A stretch of 62,849 bases of DNA, counting the filler, from Calcarisporiella thermophila CBS 279.70 (Eukaryota > Fungi > Calcarisporiellomycota): assembly GCF_041956535.1 (NCBI RefSeq). It is 9 parts of 9 records of this genome, joined end to end, with 100 filler letters (N's around TTAATTAATTAA, not from the genome) between each part and the next. Parts side by side here need not be neighbours in the genome. Positions count along the whole stretch, not along the records: positions 5,808 to 24,609 come from NW_027192193.1; positions 24,710 to 27,902 come from NW_027192224.1; 7 more parts are not named here. One strand, given 5' to 3'. Positions 12,101-26,155 of the stretch are shown here, piece by piece. Every line of letters starts with the position of its first letter. Position 1 is the first letter of the stretch. The position numbers were made by a program, and so were the translations under genes. The notes below the pieces were generated by a model. It searched no databases. It saw only the letters and a program-made list of their open reading frames with translations, and was not told the DNA's origin.

Positions 12101-12276
12101 GATCTTGGCGGGAAAAGGTAATCTACCCAACGGCATATATAGTCAAGGAGGGATGTGACCCTGCACTTCGACTCTGGTTCCTGTCACACCTGATTGAAGA
12201 TCGGACAGATTCGATTTTCAGTTATGAACAATGGTTAAATCATTTGAAGGATCGTGTTAATTCGGGTTCTTCTTAA
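9166..12276 (+). pseudogene. SEC24: Sec24 (COPII cargo adaptor) pseudogene
   Basis: Pro-rich N-terminus, YMRC..NAFP...[66 protein letters not shown], gelsolin-like GCYLLENGQ, FLSHLIEDR...SYEQWL. Several frameshifts, a TGA at 11887-11889 where Trp is expected, and the Zn-finger/first trunk part is missing near 10400. Confidence 0.85.
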
Positions 12277-12483
12277 TACCCAGTGAAGCATTTTGCTCTT
12301 TTTTTTCTTCACAGTGAACATTTCACCATCTCTTTCATCATAATATATCAATTCACTCTTAAATGGATGGGCAGTGGAATTTTCCCAGCATATAATGAAT
12401 GGATATAAAATTATACCGTCTTTTTATATACTTTTTATATTTTCATTTGAACATTAAAGGTTGAATACAGTTCATACGCCTGT

Positions 12484-13070
12484 CTATCGTTGCTCAAGTT
12501 CAACTAGCACGCCTCCGCAATCCTTTGGGTGAAGAAATACCACGGGTTTGTTATGCGCTCCAATCTTAGGTTCTGGGTTGAGGGCGCGTACACCTTTTCC
12601 CGTCAACTCTTTCACTGCTCGATGTACATCATCTACCTCAATGCATATATGGTGAATCCCGCCATCCTTGTTTTTCTGTAAAAAGTTCTCGATAGGGCTC
12701 TTCTCTCCCAAAGGTTGCAGCAATTCAAGTTTCGTGTTTCCAAGATTGACAAAAACGGTCGTGACGCCATGCTCCGGGAGTGGAACTTGTTCACTCACCT
12801 TTGCACCTAGAACATCGCGGTAGAAAGCAGTAGATTTTTCAAGCGATGGCACAGCAATGGCAACGTGGTTGAGTTGCCCTAGCTTCCATAGTGGAGAATT
12901 CTTTTCCATTATGGGATGGGAATAAATAAGTTAACTAATGGATATTTTGGTAAAGATGCTGGAGAGTATACCTTTAGTGCATCCACCGAATAATGGCATT
13001 TCGGCGCTAGGCGCGCAATGCCCTGCGATCGGAACCGTAAAGCCAGAGATGTTACTTGTCTGAATACCAT
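12484..13070 (-). CDS. MCEE: Methylmalonyl-CoA epimerase, mitochondrial
   Basis: Exons 13070-12972 (Arg-rich targeting peptide) and 12900-12484. Motifs LNHVAIAVP, LELLQPL, GGIHHICIEV, FLHPKDCGGVLVELEQ. Confidence 0.93.
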
Positions 13071-13543
13071 TTTCCGAAGTGATATACGTGGGAAAAGAAC
13101 TAGGATAAAATAATATTTTATTTTATCTGAATATTATTCAGATTATAATCGGAGCTCTAAATATCACAATCCCATAATTTCGTGCTTGACCTGATTTAAA
13201 GCAAAAACACTTGCGCATGGCTGCACTGTTTTGATTTCTATGTCGTCAAACGACTGCCATAACTTAATGTTATAGCTTGCCATTCGAGGATGTTCTGTGC
13301 ACAGAGGCTGATCTAGTTCTTTGGACTGGAGAAGGCTGATATCTGCACCCAGATAGCTGAGATGGCCAATAAGTTTATATTTAAAAGAAAAATACAATGA
13401 GTTAAACACCTTTATGTTGAAAAGGTACATTTCTAATGTCAGATCCAATAAATCCCATAAAATATGCTAAAAAAACAAAAGTAAAATATTTACACAAAAT
13501 ATAAATAGCCCTCACAAGAAAAAAAGGTCTTATCGAAAGAAAC

Positions 13544-14817
13544 TTATTTGTTCATCGGCGATGATAGCCTTGGTGGACCATCTGGTTTATGAGGGCTCGC
13601 AGGAGGGGGTGTGGATAGCAATGGGGTGCGTTCATTTGTACTCTCATTGTAACATTCTTCTTCGTTGTCCTTTTCCCATCCGGCAAGTTTCCTGTATGAT
13701 CCTGGACCCCAAGATACGATCATCACCCCCACCGTCACCACAATTGCACCCATGAAAACCAACAGGGCTCGCCACCAGTTTAGCCGGTGCAGTTGATCAT
13801 AGTAGATGAGACCGTTAACAAGTGTGGCTACATTATAGGTACAGAATGCAAGTGGAGCAAGAAGCACGGTGCTACAAAACCGAAGCCCTTTGTTTAAGTA
13901 ATAGAGCTATCGAAAATGAATATTAAATTATGCTATTAATAAACTTATAGTAATACTATAGACTCAAACTTGCCGATTTACCTGCAATATAATGGTAAAA
14001 AATAGTAGGCCAACAATGACCCATGTTAATGGTTTATCAAACTGGTTCTTCCCCTCAAGTATTGTGAGCGCCAAAAGCTCGATTCCGCTTTTTGCGAAGA
14101 TCAGGCTCTGGCTTCCTATTACTCCACTTGCGAAGGCGTAGCTTATTCCTATCAGTGTCGATTTCCTCTCTTCACTGTTGAATCTCTCATCGTTCAGTCT
14201 CCGTTCTTTCCACAGCGCACGCTCCGCAATTTCTGTCGCTATTAGACTTCCAGCAAGCAATATTTCCTCTATGGCAAAGAAAGCGATAAAAGTAGTGCGT
14301 TTATATAGCTGTATCAGATCATATAGGGAATGATTGGGTTCAGAGATTGCACCAAACAATGCAATGAGAATTGCTCCCGTCACGATAAGGACTGTTCCAC
14401 CTGCTAAACGTGCAGTAAAGGGGTCAGAGAGTAAGAGTTTTGCAAAAAGTGCATTGAAGATTAGAGAGCAAGCGCCCAGTGGTCCGACCACTACTACGGG
14501 CAGAAGGCTTATGGTGAGGGGAGCTCCAATAGAACTGGCAAGAACAAAAGATATGAAGCCAATGAGCCACATCGGCCGTCTATGTCGATGTAGAGGTTGC
14601 TTTGAAATTAAGTTCAGCGTTTGAAATTTGCATCATCAAGAGAAAGTTACCTTAATGGGTGTTCACGCTGATTTTCAGGTAATGCATCATTAGCTATATG
14701 ACTCTTACGCTGTAGAGTCATCCCAAGGGATTGAAAGAGATTGTTTAGAATGGCCACAACAATTCCCAGCACCAGGGTCATGTTGGATGTACGAGTCTCT
14801 TCTAAAGATGTAATCAT
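13544..14817 (-). CDS. NIPA-family (DMT superfamily) Mg2+-transporter-like membrane protein, 3 exons
   Basis: QSLGMTLQRKSH, RPMWLIGF, VVGPLGACSLIFNALFA, SQSLIFAKSGIELL, NGLIYYDQ; multiple TM segments. Confidence 0.85.
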
Positions 14818-15084
14818 AGCTAGTCTAGGGATACGCTTCAGAGTGAACTGAAAAAAATAACTAGAAAAATCAAGAAAAAACACCTAAGCAAAAAAAAAAG
14901 AAGCAAATAAAACGGGAAACTATCAGCAATACAAGAATATATATTTCTTTAAAAAATGGAGATAAAATATGCAGCTAGCATGGAAAACGGTCAAGCTTAA
15001 TATGAGCTTAGGAAAATGTGACTGCATCATAAATTATTGAATATCACTCCCCAAAGAGATTGTATAGTTAAACTTAATTTTCAT

Positions 15085-16181
15085 ATGTTGGGCTCATCGA
15101 AACCGTCCACTGCTTGGTATATAGCAGATCTTCTTTATGCAAGTTCACGTCCATCCCACTTAGAACCACGACATCCTTATGTGCTCATTATATTAAATAA
15201 TCCAATTACAAGAGAAGATATTCTGCGGCATCTCTGGGACAATGGTAAAGTATTCCAAATCTGATCTAATTTTCTTAATAAACTAAATCTCTTTTATAGC
15301 ATCTCTAAGAATATGTGCTGATGGCGGTGCAAACAGGCTGTATGATAAATTTGCGCATACCCCCGACTCTCACAGGTGAAATATGATTTAGACCTAGTAA
15401 TTTTCTTTCACATGAACTTGAATTTTCCATTTTGGACAGATTTATTCCGGAATATATTCATGGCGATCTGGACTCAATAAGACAGGAAGTTCGTGCGTAC
15501 TATGAAGAGAGGGTACGTACTAATGAGCCAATTCTCTAGCGGTATATGCTTCATTATATTATGAATTTCAGGGTGCAAACGTAAAACGAATCGAGGACCA
15601 AGATTCGACAGATTTCATGAAATGCATTGAGCTCGTTGATAGTTTAGAAGAGGAGTCACATAATAAGCTGGGTGCGCATAAGCATGATATCGTTGGGCTG
15701 GGTGGTCTGGGCGGGAGATTTGATCAGTCGATCCATTCGATTCATCTGTTGCATCGTATGCAAACGAAAAGAAGAATATACTTGATATCCCATGAAAATG
15801 TGACATTCTTGCTCAATGAGGTACTACAGCGGTTTGACCTGTGTGGTTTGAAGAAAGCAGTAAGATTAATCTGGATAATTTTTGTAGGGGAAAAATGAAA
15901 TCTATCTTGATCAGCAGGTAGAGGGACCAACCTGTGGTATTTTACCCATCGGCGTTTCAAGCGCTCGTTTGACGACTTCGGGTTTAAAGTGGAACTTGCG
16001 TAATAATACAATTTTTAATTGTTTATGAGGTGGGCTTCTATAATAACCCATATTTTCTCGTTTAGAAAACGACATCACTTCATTTGGCAGTATGGTCAGC
16101 ACTTCAAATCAACTAGACAGCGATGTGGTTACAATAGAATGCGATGAGCCCTTGGTGTGGACGGTGGAAATTAAGACTTGA
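15085..16181 (+). CDS. THI80: Thiamine pyrophosphokinase, multi-exon
   Basis: [70 protein letters not shown] across exons. Confidence 0.93.
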
Positions 16182-16443
16182 AATCAAATCTAGAGAGTAT
16201 CAATATTTATGCTACTTAAAGTTTCTATATTTCATAAATTCTCTTCTCGTCAACTATATTTATTTTGGCAGTTGCGGTAAAAAGAGGAAGATTTATTGCC
16301 ATATATATATACGGAGAAATTTCTACAAGAACAGGATAAAACGATTCATTGATACCATAGCATATAAATCCCATATACATCGATATGTACTTATAAGCAA
16401 AATAAAGTCTAGATGGTATCGAATCTAGTGAAGAGAATAGGGA

Positions 16444-17943
16444 TTATAGAACTTGTCGCTGATTTGCTCTAATTCGTTGAACATCGGGCCATTCATCCTT
16501 GGGTCCCACTGTAACCACTGCAACATCTCGGTCCCACAAATATTTCTTCGCAGAGCGTCGAACATCTTCCGCAGTCACTTTGTCGACAAGAGCCTCCACT
16601 TCCTCTGGGCTAAATCGCTTTCCACATGTGATGAGCTGGCGTCCTATATCTTCTGCTATTGCGGTGCTTCCATCAAGGCTAAGCAATAGTGAGGCCTTCA
16701 GCTGTTGTTTGGCTCGCTCCACTTCCGCAGCCGTTACGGAACTCGATAATCGGATCCACTCTCGTTGCGTCAATGCAATCAAATCATCAAGGTTTCCATG
16801 TTTTTCGGTGACTAGGTAAATTCCAAAGAGCCCAGTATCGGAATACGAAGTATTGAATGACATAAATGAATTTGCGAGTTTCGAGCTGGCCAGCACTTGG
16901 GAAAGGCGTGAGGAAGCTCCAAGCGAACGGTCCCAAGAACCAATAATCGACTGCATAACAAGCATTGGATAATAGTCGGGAGAAGTCCAGCCAATACCTT
17001 CTACGGCAAGGGCCACATGTACGTTAGGAAGATCCTTTCTTACACGGGCTTCGGCACCTACAAATTTGGGATGAGGGGTAGTGTGTGCACCCAGGTTGAG
17101 ACGCTTAGGAGAGGATTTCAGGGATCCAAAGTACTGCCCAGCGAGCTCTACAAGACGCTCATGCTCTACTCCACCGGCTCCTACAAGCACCATCCGATCC
17201 GCGGTATAATTATCCTTAATGTATTTGAGCAAATCATCCCGTTTCAACGATCTAATGTTCTCTGTTGGCCCAAGGATCGTTCGTCCGAGAGAATGTCCTT
17301 GAAAGGCAACAGCATGCAAATGATCGAATACAACTTCCTCTGTTTGCTTTTCAACCTCTTCTTGCTCTCTAAGAATCACATCGCGTTCCCGTTCAATAGC
17401 ATGCAAGTCTAGTGTAGAATTCTGCAATATATCGGCTAGAATTTCCACTGCAGCAGGAACATCTTTCTTGAAAGCCTTGGCATAATAAACAGTTTGCTCG
17501 CGCGAAGTATATGCATTTAAATGTGCACCCATATTTTCAATCATAATCTCCAGATCATGCTGTGAACGTCGAGAAGTACCCTTGAATGCCATGTGTTCAA
17601 GAAAATGAGCAGCACCATTATTTTTATCGTTTTCAGCGCGAGAACCTGCATCGATCCAAACACCTACGGTCGCAGTCTGGGCGTGGAGATTCTCTTCAGT
17701 TGCAACAGTAAGGCCGTTGGGTAGGGTTGTAATCCGAGTCATAGGCAGAATAGAAGAAAGTGGTTGTAGCGGCGATGCGGTAGCAAAATTACGGTAAGCC
17801 TAAAAAAATAAACACATCATTTAAGAGTCATGTATTTTATATATTTCACATGATCTTCTATTGAATCCATTGTAAAAATATCCTACCTTTCTGGCTCCTA
17901 GATGCCTTGTCGTTAACCGTCCGGCAAGTAGTCTGAAAGCCAT
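16444..17943 (-). CDS. MAS1: Mitochondrial processing peptidase beta subunit
   Basis: Short targeting-peptide exon starting at 17943. TVGVWIDAGSR, intact HFLEH inverted zinc motif, LNAYTSREQT; M16 C-terminal domain. Confidence 0.93.
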
Positions 17944-18200
17944 AATGTTTGTAGGAAGATTATGGAAAGTCCAAGCTCGAAGTTAAAAAATTATTTTTCC
18001 TAGCTGCTGAGTCATTGCCTGCCCTCGAAATTGAATTAATAATACGTTCTGATTCGCTTTCTTAATTAGGTTGGTTAGGAGATTACACTCGGTTTGCTTT
18101 CATACGAATTATAAGTGCTATTGAGGCGGAGGATTGTGGGAATAGAATAAAAATTTTTAAACGCAATAGTAATCTTATTTGTACAAGCAAAGAGGATCGC

Positions 18201-18689
18201 ATGAGTGGTGTCAATCCTAGTCAAATGGGCACTAGCCCGATTAGCGGGAAACGCGGCAGACCAGTAGCTGATGTGTGGGATCATTTTAGAAGGTAAATGT
18301 TTAATTTATTAATAACCTAATTGACGCGATGACACATCATCCTACCTATATTTTCCTACATTGAAATCAATAGAGGTGAAAAGCAAAACCAATGTCATTA
18401 CCAAGCCCATTGTGTCTATTGCGAAGCAGTGCTTGGCGAGAATGTTGAGGTTGGAAGAGTGACGGGCAAAAATGATCAGATGCGTCGTCACCTATTGAAT
18501 TGCAGTTTTGCACCCGAAGATGTAAAGAACGGAGTGCGCGCACATGTACAGGCACAGATTGCGGCAAGTGCCACAGCAGCACCAGCAGGGCTACGATTTG
18601 CTACGAATAACGACATGATTCAAGGAACGCCTGCAAAACAACTTAAACTTAGTCATACAAGATTTCCTGCCATGTTGAAAGTAAGTTGA
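18201..18689 (+). pseudogene. BED zinc-finger (hAT transposase N-terminus-like) relic or small domesticated gene
   Basis: Spliced reading GRPVADVWDHFRR|GEKQNQCHYQAHCVYCE...MRRHLLNC fits W-x2-F...CxxC...H-x3-C. No transposase core follows. Confidence 0.7.
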
Positions 18690-18971
18690 TGTTGTTTTCG
18701 AAAGTAATCTAGTAGAGCCCTTTTTTATATATTTTTTATATTTTATTTCTTTTTTATTTTATTTTTTCTTTTTTAACGATGATTGTTTGACCTTTTTTCT
18801 TTCTTATCTTTTTACCTTTTTACGTTATTTAACCACTTTAAATATTTTTTCATTTTGAACCCCTCCTTTATTTTTTATATATTTAATCCCGAATGTTATA
18901 CAAGCATCGTCTTTCACCACTCATACTTTTCATCTGTCTAAACTCTTCCTTTTCTCTAGCCTGATTTCTCC

Positions 18972-20031
18972 ATGAGTTCGCGAAATAGCCCGTACGCTTG
19001 CCTTCTTCCCCCATCATGGTCTACCAAGATCACCGAGTGGCTACAGGAGGATGTTCCCTCATTTGACTATGGAGGCTTCGTAGTGGGTGACACCGAAGAG
19101 GTCGCAGTGCTTTTCGGAAAATCCGAGGTATATAATTCTGTTGTTGCTCTTTTTTGCTTTTGACATTGATGGAGGTTTTAATAGGGAGTTTTGGCTGGGG
19201 TTCCGTTTTTTGACGAAGTTTTCAGGCAATTAGATTGCAAGTATGTTTTATCGAATTGGGTGCTTTGATTATTTAATTTAAACGTTTTGTTAAGGGTCGA
19301 ATGGTTCCTGAATGAGGGCGATACGTTTGAACCCGTGAAAGAGGTTGCGCGGGTTTACGGAAAAGCTCGCAATATTCTCCTCGGCGAACGCACTGCGCTG
19401 AATATCATTGCACGCTGCAGTGGTATTGCTTACAAAGCCAAGAAAGTCCATGACCTCAAACTTCGGTATGGTTTCCATGGAGTGATTGCAGGTACCCGCA
19501 AAACCACGCCTGGATTTCGTATCGTTGAGAAGTATGGGATGCTTGTGGGTGGAGCGGATACTCATAGGTTCGATCTATCCTCTATGATAATGTTAAAGGA
19601 TAACCACATTTGGTCGCAAGGCTCTATCACTCGAGCAGTCCAACTTGCGCGATCGGCAGGTGGATTTTCATTAAAAATAGAGGTAGAATGCAGAAGTGAA
19701 GCGGAAGCAGACGAAGCAATTGCTGCAGGAGCAGATGTAATTATGTTGGATAATTTTGATTGCGAATCGCTGAAGATGACTGCGCGTGCTTTAAAACAAC
19801 GATGGAGCGGACGGCGCCATTTTCTGATTGAATGTAGCGGGGGAATAACCGAGGACACTGCTGAGCAATACTTTTGCGATGGTGAGTATAGGATAACTTT
19901 CTTGGTAAAAATCAAAAATGCAATATGAACAAACTTTTTTTTGGTTAGATATCGATATTTTAAGCATGGGAGCACTCTCGCAAGGGGTACCTCATGTCGA
20001 TTACTCCCTCAAAATTGATAAAAAACGATAG
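18972..20031 (+). CDS. BNA6: Quinolinate phosphoribosyltransferase
   Basis: [58 protein letters not shown], last exon [12 protein letters not shown]. Four exons. Confidence 0.95.
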
Positions 20032-20792
20032 TATTTTATCACTTTCTTTATTTCATTTCTTAACTATATTTCAATAACCTGGAGAATTGTAAAATTTTCT
20101 TGTTGGAATGTTTATCTATATCTTTACTCGTGTATTTTTCTTTCCTTTGGAGAGCCAGCATATCCAGCCCAATTATAGGTGAATTTTGGCTTCTTAGCAG
20201 TATCTTCTCATCAACGCATGGTTTGCATTTAAAAAGTTTTTTTTCCAGCTATTTCTATTAAGATATCTAGAATCTACAATCAACCCGTTTCTGCGAAAGC
20301 GAGCAAAAATAACAGACTTTCATCAAATGATCTGGACTGCTTATATCATTTAGAGTTATGTTATTTTATTGTATATTTTGCTGCGGCAATTCCAATATGG
20401 ATTATTCAAGAGAAAAACTAGAATAGGAAACCTTTTCGAATATATAATATTTGTTCCCATCTTTGCAGCTCCAACAAAGTTAATTTATCTTAATTTTGCT
20501 CCAGATTTTCCTAATAGTCTTTCGCTTTCTCTCTCTTTAATCACTTTTCCTTCAAACTTAAGAGATTCCCTGAGTAAATTGATCAATATTTTTACTATTT
20601 CCTTTTAAATGTGCTATTTCTCTTCTGTTAAGTAGTGGAAATACTGGCTATACATCGATTCACTTTACAATATTATTCGGTAGGCTATTTCTACTTAATT
20701 AACATTCTCCAATCCATTTCTTTATATATATTTATATATTTCGATCGTTTATCGACTTATAGATATAATATCAAGCATAGGACATCTTGAAC

Positions 20793-23700
20793 ATGACGAA
20801 TATAGGAGGCCCAGCTGTTGAAGCAGCCACCACTACGTCCACGAACTCTCCAATTGCTTCACAAATCGATCCTCTTCAGATATCTTTAAAACCACTCACA
20901 AATAATGTTTTATCTTCAGGCAAACAAGAGCTATTCTCCACCAGTTCCCCGCTTACAAGTATAGCGTCAGATATCGAATATTTAGACTCAGAAGAGCAAG
21001 ATGAACAGCGAGAAGAGAATGATGATGAAGGAAATGAGTTGGAGGATACGCCACAAAATCGCAAGAGAAAGGCCTTCACACTGAGCAATCTGAGTATTGG
21101 AACGGAACAGCTAAGGTATCAGTTCCTCGAAAGTAAGAAACATGCCTCAATACAGTCTAGAACCTCATCTCTAGCAGGTGACGATATGTCAAAACATAAC
21201 CGTGGACGTGGACGAAATCGAGGGTGCACTATGGGAAAACGCACCAAAAGAGTCAGAAAAAGCGTCGGAATTTCAGGGACTTATACCATTGATTCAGATT
21301 TATATTTGGACCCAGACGAAATAATGCAACAAAAGAAAACGTTGGAGCGGCAGGAAGGTGATGCGGCAGCTCGAGCATCGCGTCTCCCGCCCCATGAGCT
21401 CTCTGCCGAGGAGCTTCAAGTTTTCCGTGGAGCTTTCCGCGGTAGACAGCATGTTACCTACCTTGAGATACGCAACCGAATACTTGCACTATGGCTTCGA
21501 AATCCAACCCGATTTTTGTCTCTAGAACAAGCAACCTCTGTGGTACATAGAGGAAAGTTTGTCAGATTAGCACAGGCGGCATATGAGTTTTTAGCAAGGC
21601 ATTCATATATCAACTTCGGATATATATCGAGACCTTTCCCGGAGCGTCCTAGCTCTTCAATGAGAAAAGTGATTGTTGTAGGCGCGGGAATTGCGGGAAT
21701 TGCATGTGCACGTCAGCTGTATATTTTATTAAATCAGTTCTACCCAGCGGAAAAAGAAGTTCCACAAGTGATATTACTAGAAGCACGTGGTCGCTTGGGA
21801 GGGCGAATATTTACTTATCCACTCCAACAGGAGATTCCTGCTCAGTTTCGGGATAAAATAAAAGCGGAGTGGCTACCAGAACGCCCCTATGGAATTGATC
21901 TAGGAGCACAAGTCATCACTGGACTTGAAGGAGGCAATCCGATGCATGTTATAATTCAACGACAGCTCGCGATACCACTTCATTTTTTACTCACTGAATG
22001 TAAACTTTATGACGGTACCGGAAATGCAGTGGACAGCAAGATTGATAGGCAATGTGAAGAAATGTTTAATAACATATTGGATAGGGCGTGTGGGTTAAAG
22101 CAAGTGGAAAACGGAGGCCTTACCGAGGAATTGTTAGAATTTTGTCGAAAAAGAGGGGATCCGATTATAAATGAGAAAGGGGGTGAGAAAGAGAGTTGCA
22201 TACCCACTTTAGGAACAACAATGGATTATTTTTTAGAATTACATCCACAGTTTAAGTAAGTTATTCATTTTCCTAACATACATTAGAAGGCTAAGCAATG
22301 ATAACCCACTTGTAGGACATTAACACCTACAGAATTGAGCATTGTGCATTGGCACTACGCAAACTTAGAGGTAAAAACCTAAGTTCAATGTTATTTATGG
22401 AACTAGAGCTAAACCTGATTCTGTAAATAGTTCGCCAATGCTACTTCTTTGAGCAAGCTCTCGCTTCATCACTGGGATCAAGATGATGGCTATGAATTCA
22501 TGGGCGAACACAGCATGGTCCAAGGTGGATATGGACGAATTCCCCATGCCCTTGCCCTTGGTCCTGAACCGATTGATATACGTTTACGCACTCCTGTTAA
22601 CCTAATAGAATATACCATGGAAGCGGAGGACAGTGGAGTTTGTATTCATTGTAAAGATGGAGTTACTCTAGATGCGGACGCATGTGTAGTTACGATCCCT
22701 CTAGGTGTCTTAAAAGCGGGCGGTGTACAATTCGATCCCAAATTACCTACTTGGAAACAGGAGGCGATAGAAAGGCTTGGATTTGGATTGTTAAATAAAG
22801 TATGTATAATTTCTTTTTCATATTGCCTAATGGTATATTGATCACATATGATATTATTTTCTCATCTAGGTCATACTGCTCTTCCCTTATGCATTTTGGG
22901 ATGAGAGCCTAGATATGTTTGGGTATACAGGCGAAGGACCTCAAGAAATTAGTTATGATCCAAAATTTTTTGTGGCATCTCGCGGGAAATTCTACATGTT
23001 CTGGAACTGTATGAAAGTGATCGGTCTCCCGGTGTTGAGTAATATTACAAATGAAACAGCTGCTGTATATAATTTTTTTTTAAAATAACAATTTCAAACA
23101 ATTTTTAGTTGCATTGCTGGCCGGTGAATCTGCATACATTTGCGAGAACGCATCAGACGAGGATTTAGTCGCTGAGGCCGTTCAAATTTTACAGCGTATT
23201 CATCAGCGAGGTATCCCATATCCCTTAGAAAGTGTCGTCTCCCGGTGGTCCTTGGATGAATTCGCACGAGGCTCATACTCAAATATTGGTCCGATGGGTC
23301 AAGGGGAAGATTACGACCTGATGGCGAAGCCGATTGGGAACGTTTTTTTTGCTGGTACGCATGAAACACGATATCAAACTATTAGTAAGAGCTAATTTAT
23401 GTTCGATACGTTGTATTTTAGGTGAAGCTACTTGTAGAAATTATCCTGCAACTGTCCATGGTGCTTATATAAGTGGGTGTCGAGCAGCTTCTCAGGTCCT
23501 TGACAGTCTTGTCGGCAAACTGCATTATACAAATGAAGAGCTTTTTCCTTCAGCCGAGGATATGTCTGATGAAAATGATTATAAAATAATCAGAAAAAAG
23601 AAGCTGTATCCCAAAAAAAACCATTGGCCTCGAAGTGTCAGGAACGAAATGGAGTTACCGGAAGAGCGTGAGTCTTCAATTTCGACCTCATCTTTTGCAA

Positions 23701-23804
23701 CTGCGAGATCATCACCGTTTGAATCGGATGGTTCACAAGAGCAGATGGATCGAAATCCAAAAACATATCACGCAACGCAACGTGCGACTAACGTATATAG
23801 ATGA
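20793..23804 (+). CDS. LSD1/KDM1-like histone demethylase (SWIRM + FAD amine oxidase)
   Basis: SWIRM (YLEIRNRILALW...FLARHSYINFG), VIVVGAGIAG, LEARGRLGGRI, DLGAQVITG, LEFANA, GFGLLNKV, ARGSYS, FFAGEAT...YPATVHGAYISG. Confidence 0.92.
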
Positions 23805-26155
23805 TATGCCACACTACATATTGCGCATTATTCCTTAATAATTAATTTTGCATTGCATTTATCCTGGGATACTTTATGTTTGCCTTTTATCCAATTTTGT
23901 ATTATACCAATTATTCCCTTAGTACTTGCTTATATCCATCTTTTCCTAATTCTCTTCCATTTCCTATCATATGAATTGGTATAATAGGGGAAGTCATAAT
24001 CCTAAGCATTACTAAGTGAAGAAAAACTTAAATAATATTTCTTCTCTTCCATTGATGCAATTTTGAACGAAAGCAAATTTTTATTGATTTTATTGTAAAC
24101 CTTGAATTGCCACAACTGTTAGTTGAAAGTGCTTTCAACTATAATTAATAAATCAGTAAGAAAACAACTATACCATTTGCACAACACTTAATTTTCTTCT
24201 TTGGAGCTATTTCTAAAACGCTTTACTAAAGCAATTATGTTAACAAAATATTTTTTTATTTTAGAATATAGTAGAAATTGGTAATTCGACCTTAAAAAGA
24301 TTACTATATAAAAGTAAATTGGAGGGCACTCACCGTTTATGTTATGATAATCAACGCTAATTTCATATAATATGGTTCAAATTTCGTTTTTGATGGGTTA
24401 AATATCATGTTATGGAAAATTTTCTTCAACCTCTAAATAACACATTAATTATATATCAGTTCACATTCATTAGCCTATGCTGTATCTAAATTCAGCGTTG
24501 ACCTAGTAAGATTGTTCGACAATTTTGTGGAGTAAAATTGCATTAGAAACGGTCACTTCAATTTTTTAGCTCCCCACAAAATCGATGCTAATATTTTAAT
24601 ATATGGGAGNNNNNNNNNNNNNNNNNNNNNNNNNNNNNNNNNNNNNNNNNNNNTTAATTAATTAANNNNNNNNNNNNNNNNNNNNNNNNNNNNNNNNNNN
24701 NNNNNNNNNCGTGAACTAGAGACAATATTTAAAATAATTATTTATTGTTTATATCACTCCTTTTATTATTTATAGCCTTTTTTATATTATTTTCCAAGAG
24801 AATGTATAATGTACGTATCTGCCTCCATTTATTTAACAAATATTCCTACACTTCATTTTTATAACTTTTTCGGTGGAAATACCCCTGAGTTGGCAAGCTT
24901 AGCTGGGATATCTTCATGAAATAAAATCTAATGGTATATTCATTCAATATATTTGCAATTTTTTTTAAGAAAGGTGATCGTCTTTTTTACTCTTTTTTCA
25001 ATAGCTATGAAATAGAGAGTAATCTAGTCAAATTGCTCCTCTTTTATATTGACATTGAAGTAGTTCACTCACCATTTGATGAAGAGAGCAACGCGTTTAA
25101 TGTCTGAACTAATATTTCCGCATTAGTCACTCCTATTTTACTACCTAGAGAAGCAGTTTTGTTGAAAGCAGGTGCATCCCTATACGAAGAGTTGCGATTA
25201 CTAATTTAGTAATGTTAATTAATAGAAGGTTCATAGTTTCAAACCTTAACGGGGTAATTTCGCTGTTCTCTTTGGAAGGCGTTTACCCGCTCACAAAAAA
25301 CTGAGCTGTCGGCAGTAGTAAAGGTGAATATAATTTGACAGTACCTAAATCCGTACGGAATGATCATTTGCCTTGATATACCTGCAATGGATGTAGTTCC
25401 AGCATCAGTATCTTGAAATTTGTTACTTTTATCTAAGTTCTTTTGCAACTGGCGAAGGCATATTCTCCCAAGGATTTGGAGTAATGGAGAAGAGAGAATG
25501 AGGGCACTGCATGTCAGCAAGATAATCAGAACACACTCACAATAATAACAGGTTCGTCAATCGCCACGTATTAGTGCCGCTTCCATTACGCGTCGAGCAG
25601 GCTTGCAAATTAGATTAGTCATACGTAAAACTGGGCAAAACGAATTCGAAGCTCAAACAATGTAGCTAGTTAGGTTACCTCGGCTAAGCCGCACTTCCAG
25701 ACTTCTACACCTAACAGTAGCAGTACAGGACCTACGGCTGGATCACCACGACTAACCCGAGGAAGAATAGTGCCGACCGGCTCGTGGATTGACCGGAGAC
25801 GAAGTTGATCTGACAGACAACGGCCGCCTCCAGAGGAAGCCTGGCCAATTTCGCTTTGAAGCCAGTTAAGGCAATATGACATAAAAGTCAATTTGATACA
25901 ATTGGGCACTTGCAAGCCCACTTTGTCCCATGGAAGAGTCTTGAAGAGTCATACTGCGGAGTTGCAAACACATCGGATAATTCTACTCCTTTGTGCCTTT
26001 CCCGCTACTGATAAACTGGGTAGACAATGATAGAAAATTTCCCGATTAAGAAAATTTCCAAAAGAAACCTATAATAGAGTAAGTGTATATAAGTAGAGCA
26101 GAACCAGCCGCTTAATCAGAGCTTGTATCGAACTCTTGCATTTTCATATTCAACC

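Noticed and set aside
25239-25921. GC-richer ORFs upstream of the ABC transporter
   Set aside because: No recognisable domain; probably relic or promoter sequence.
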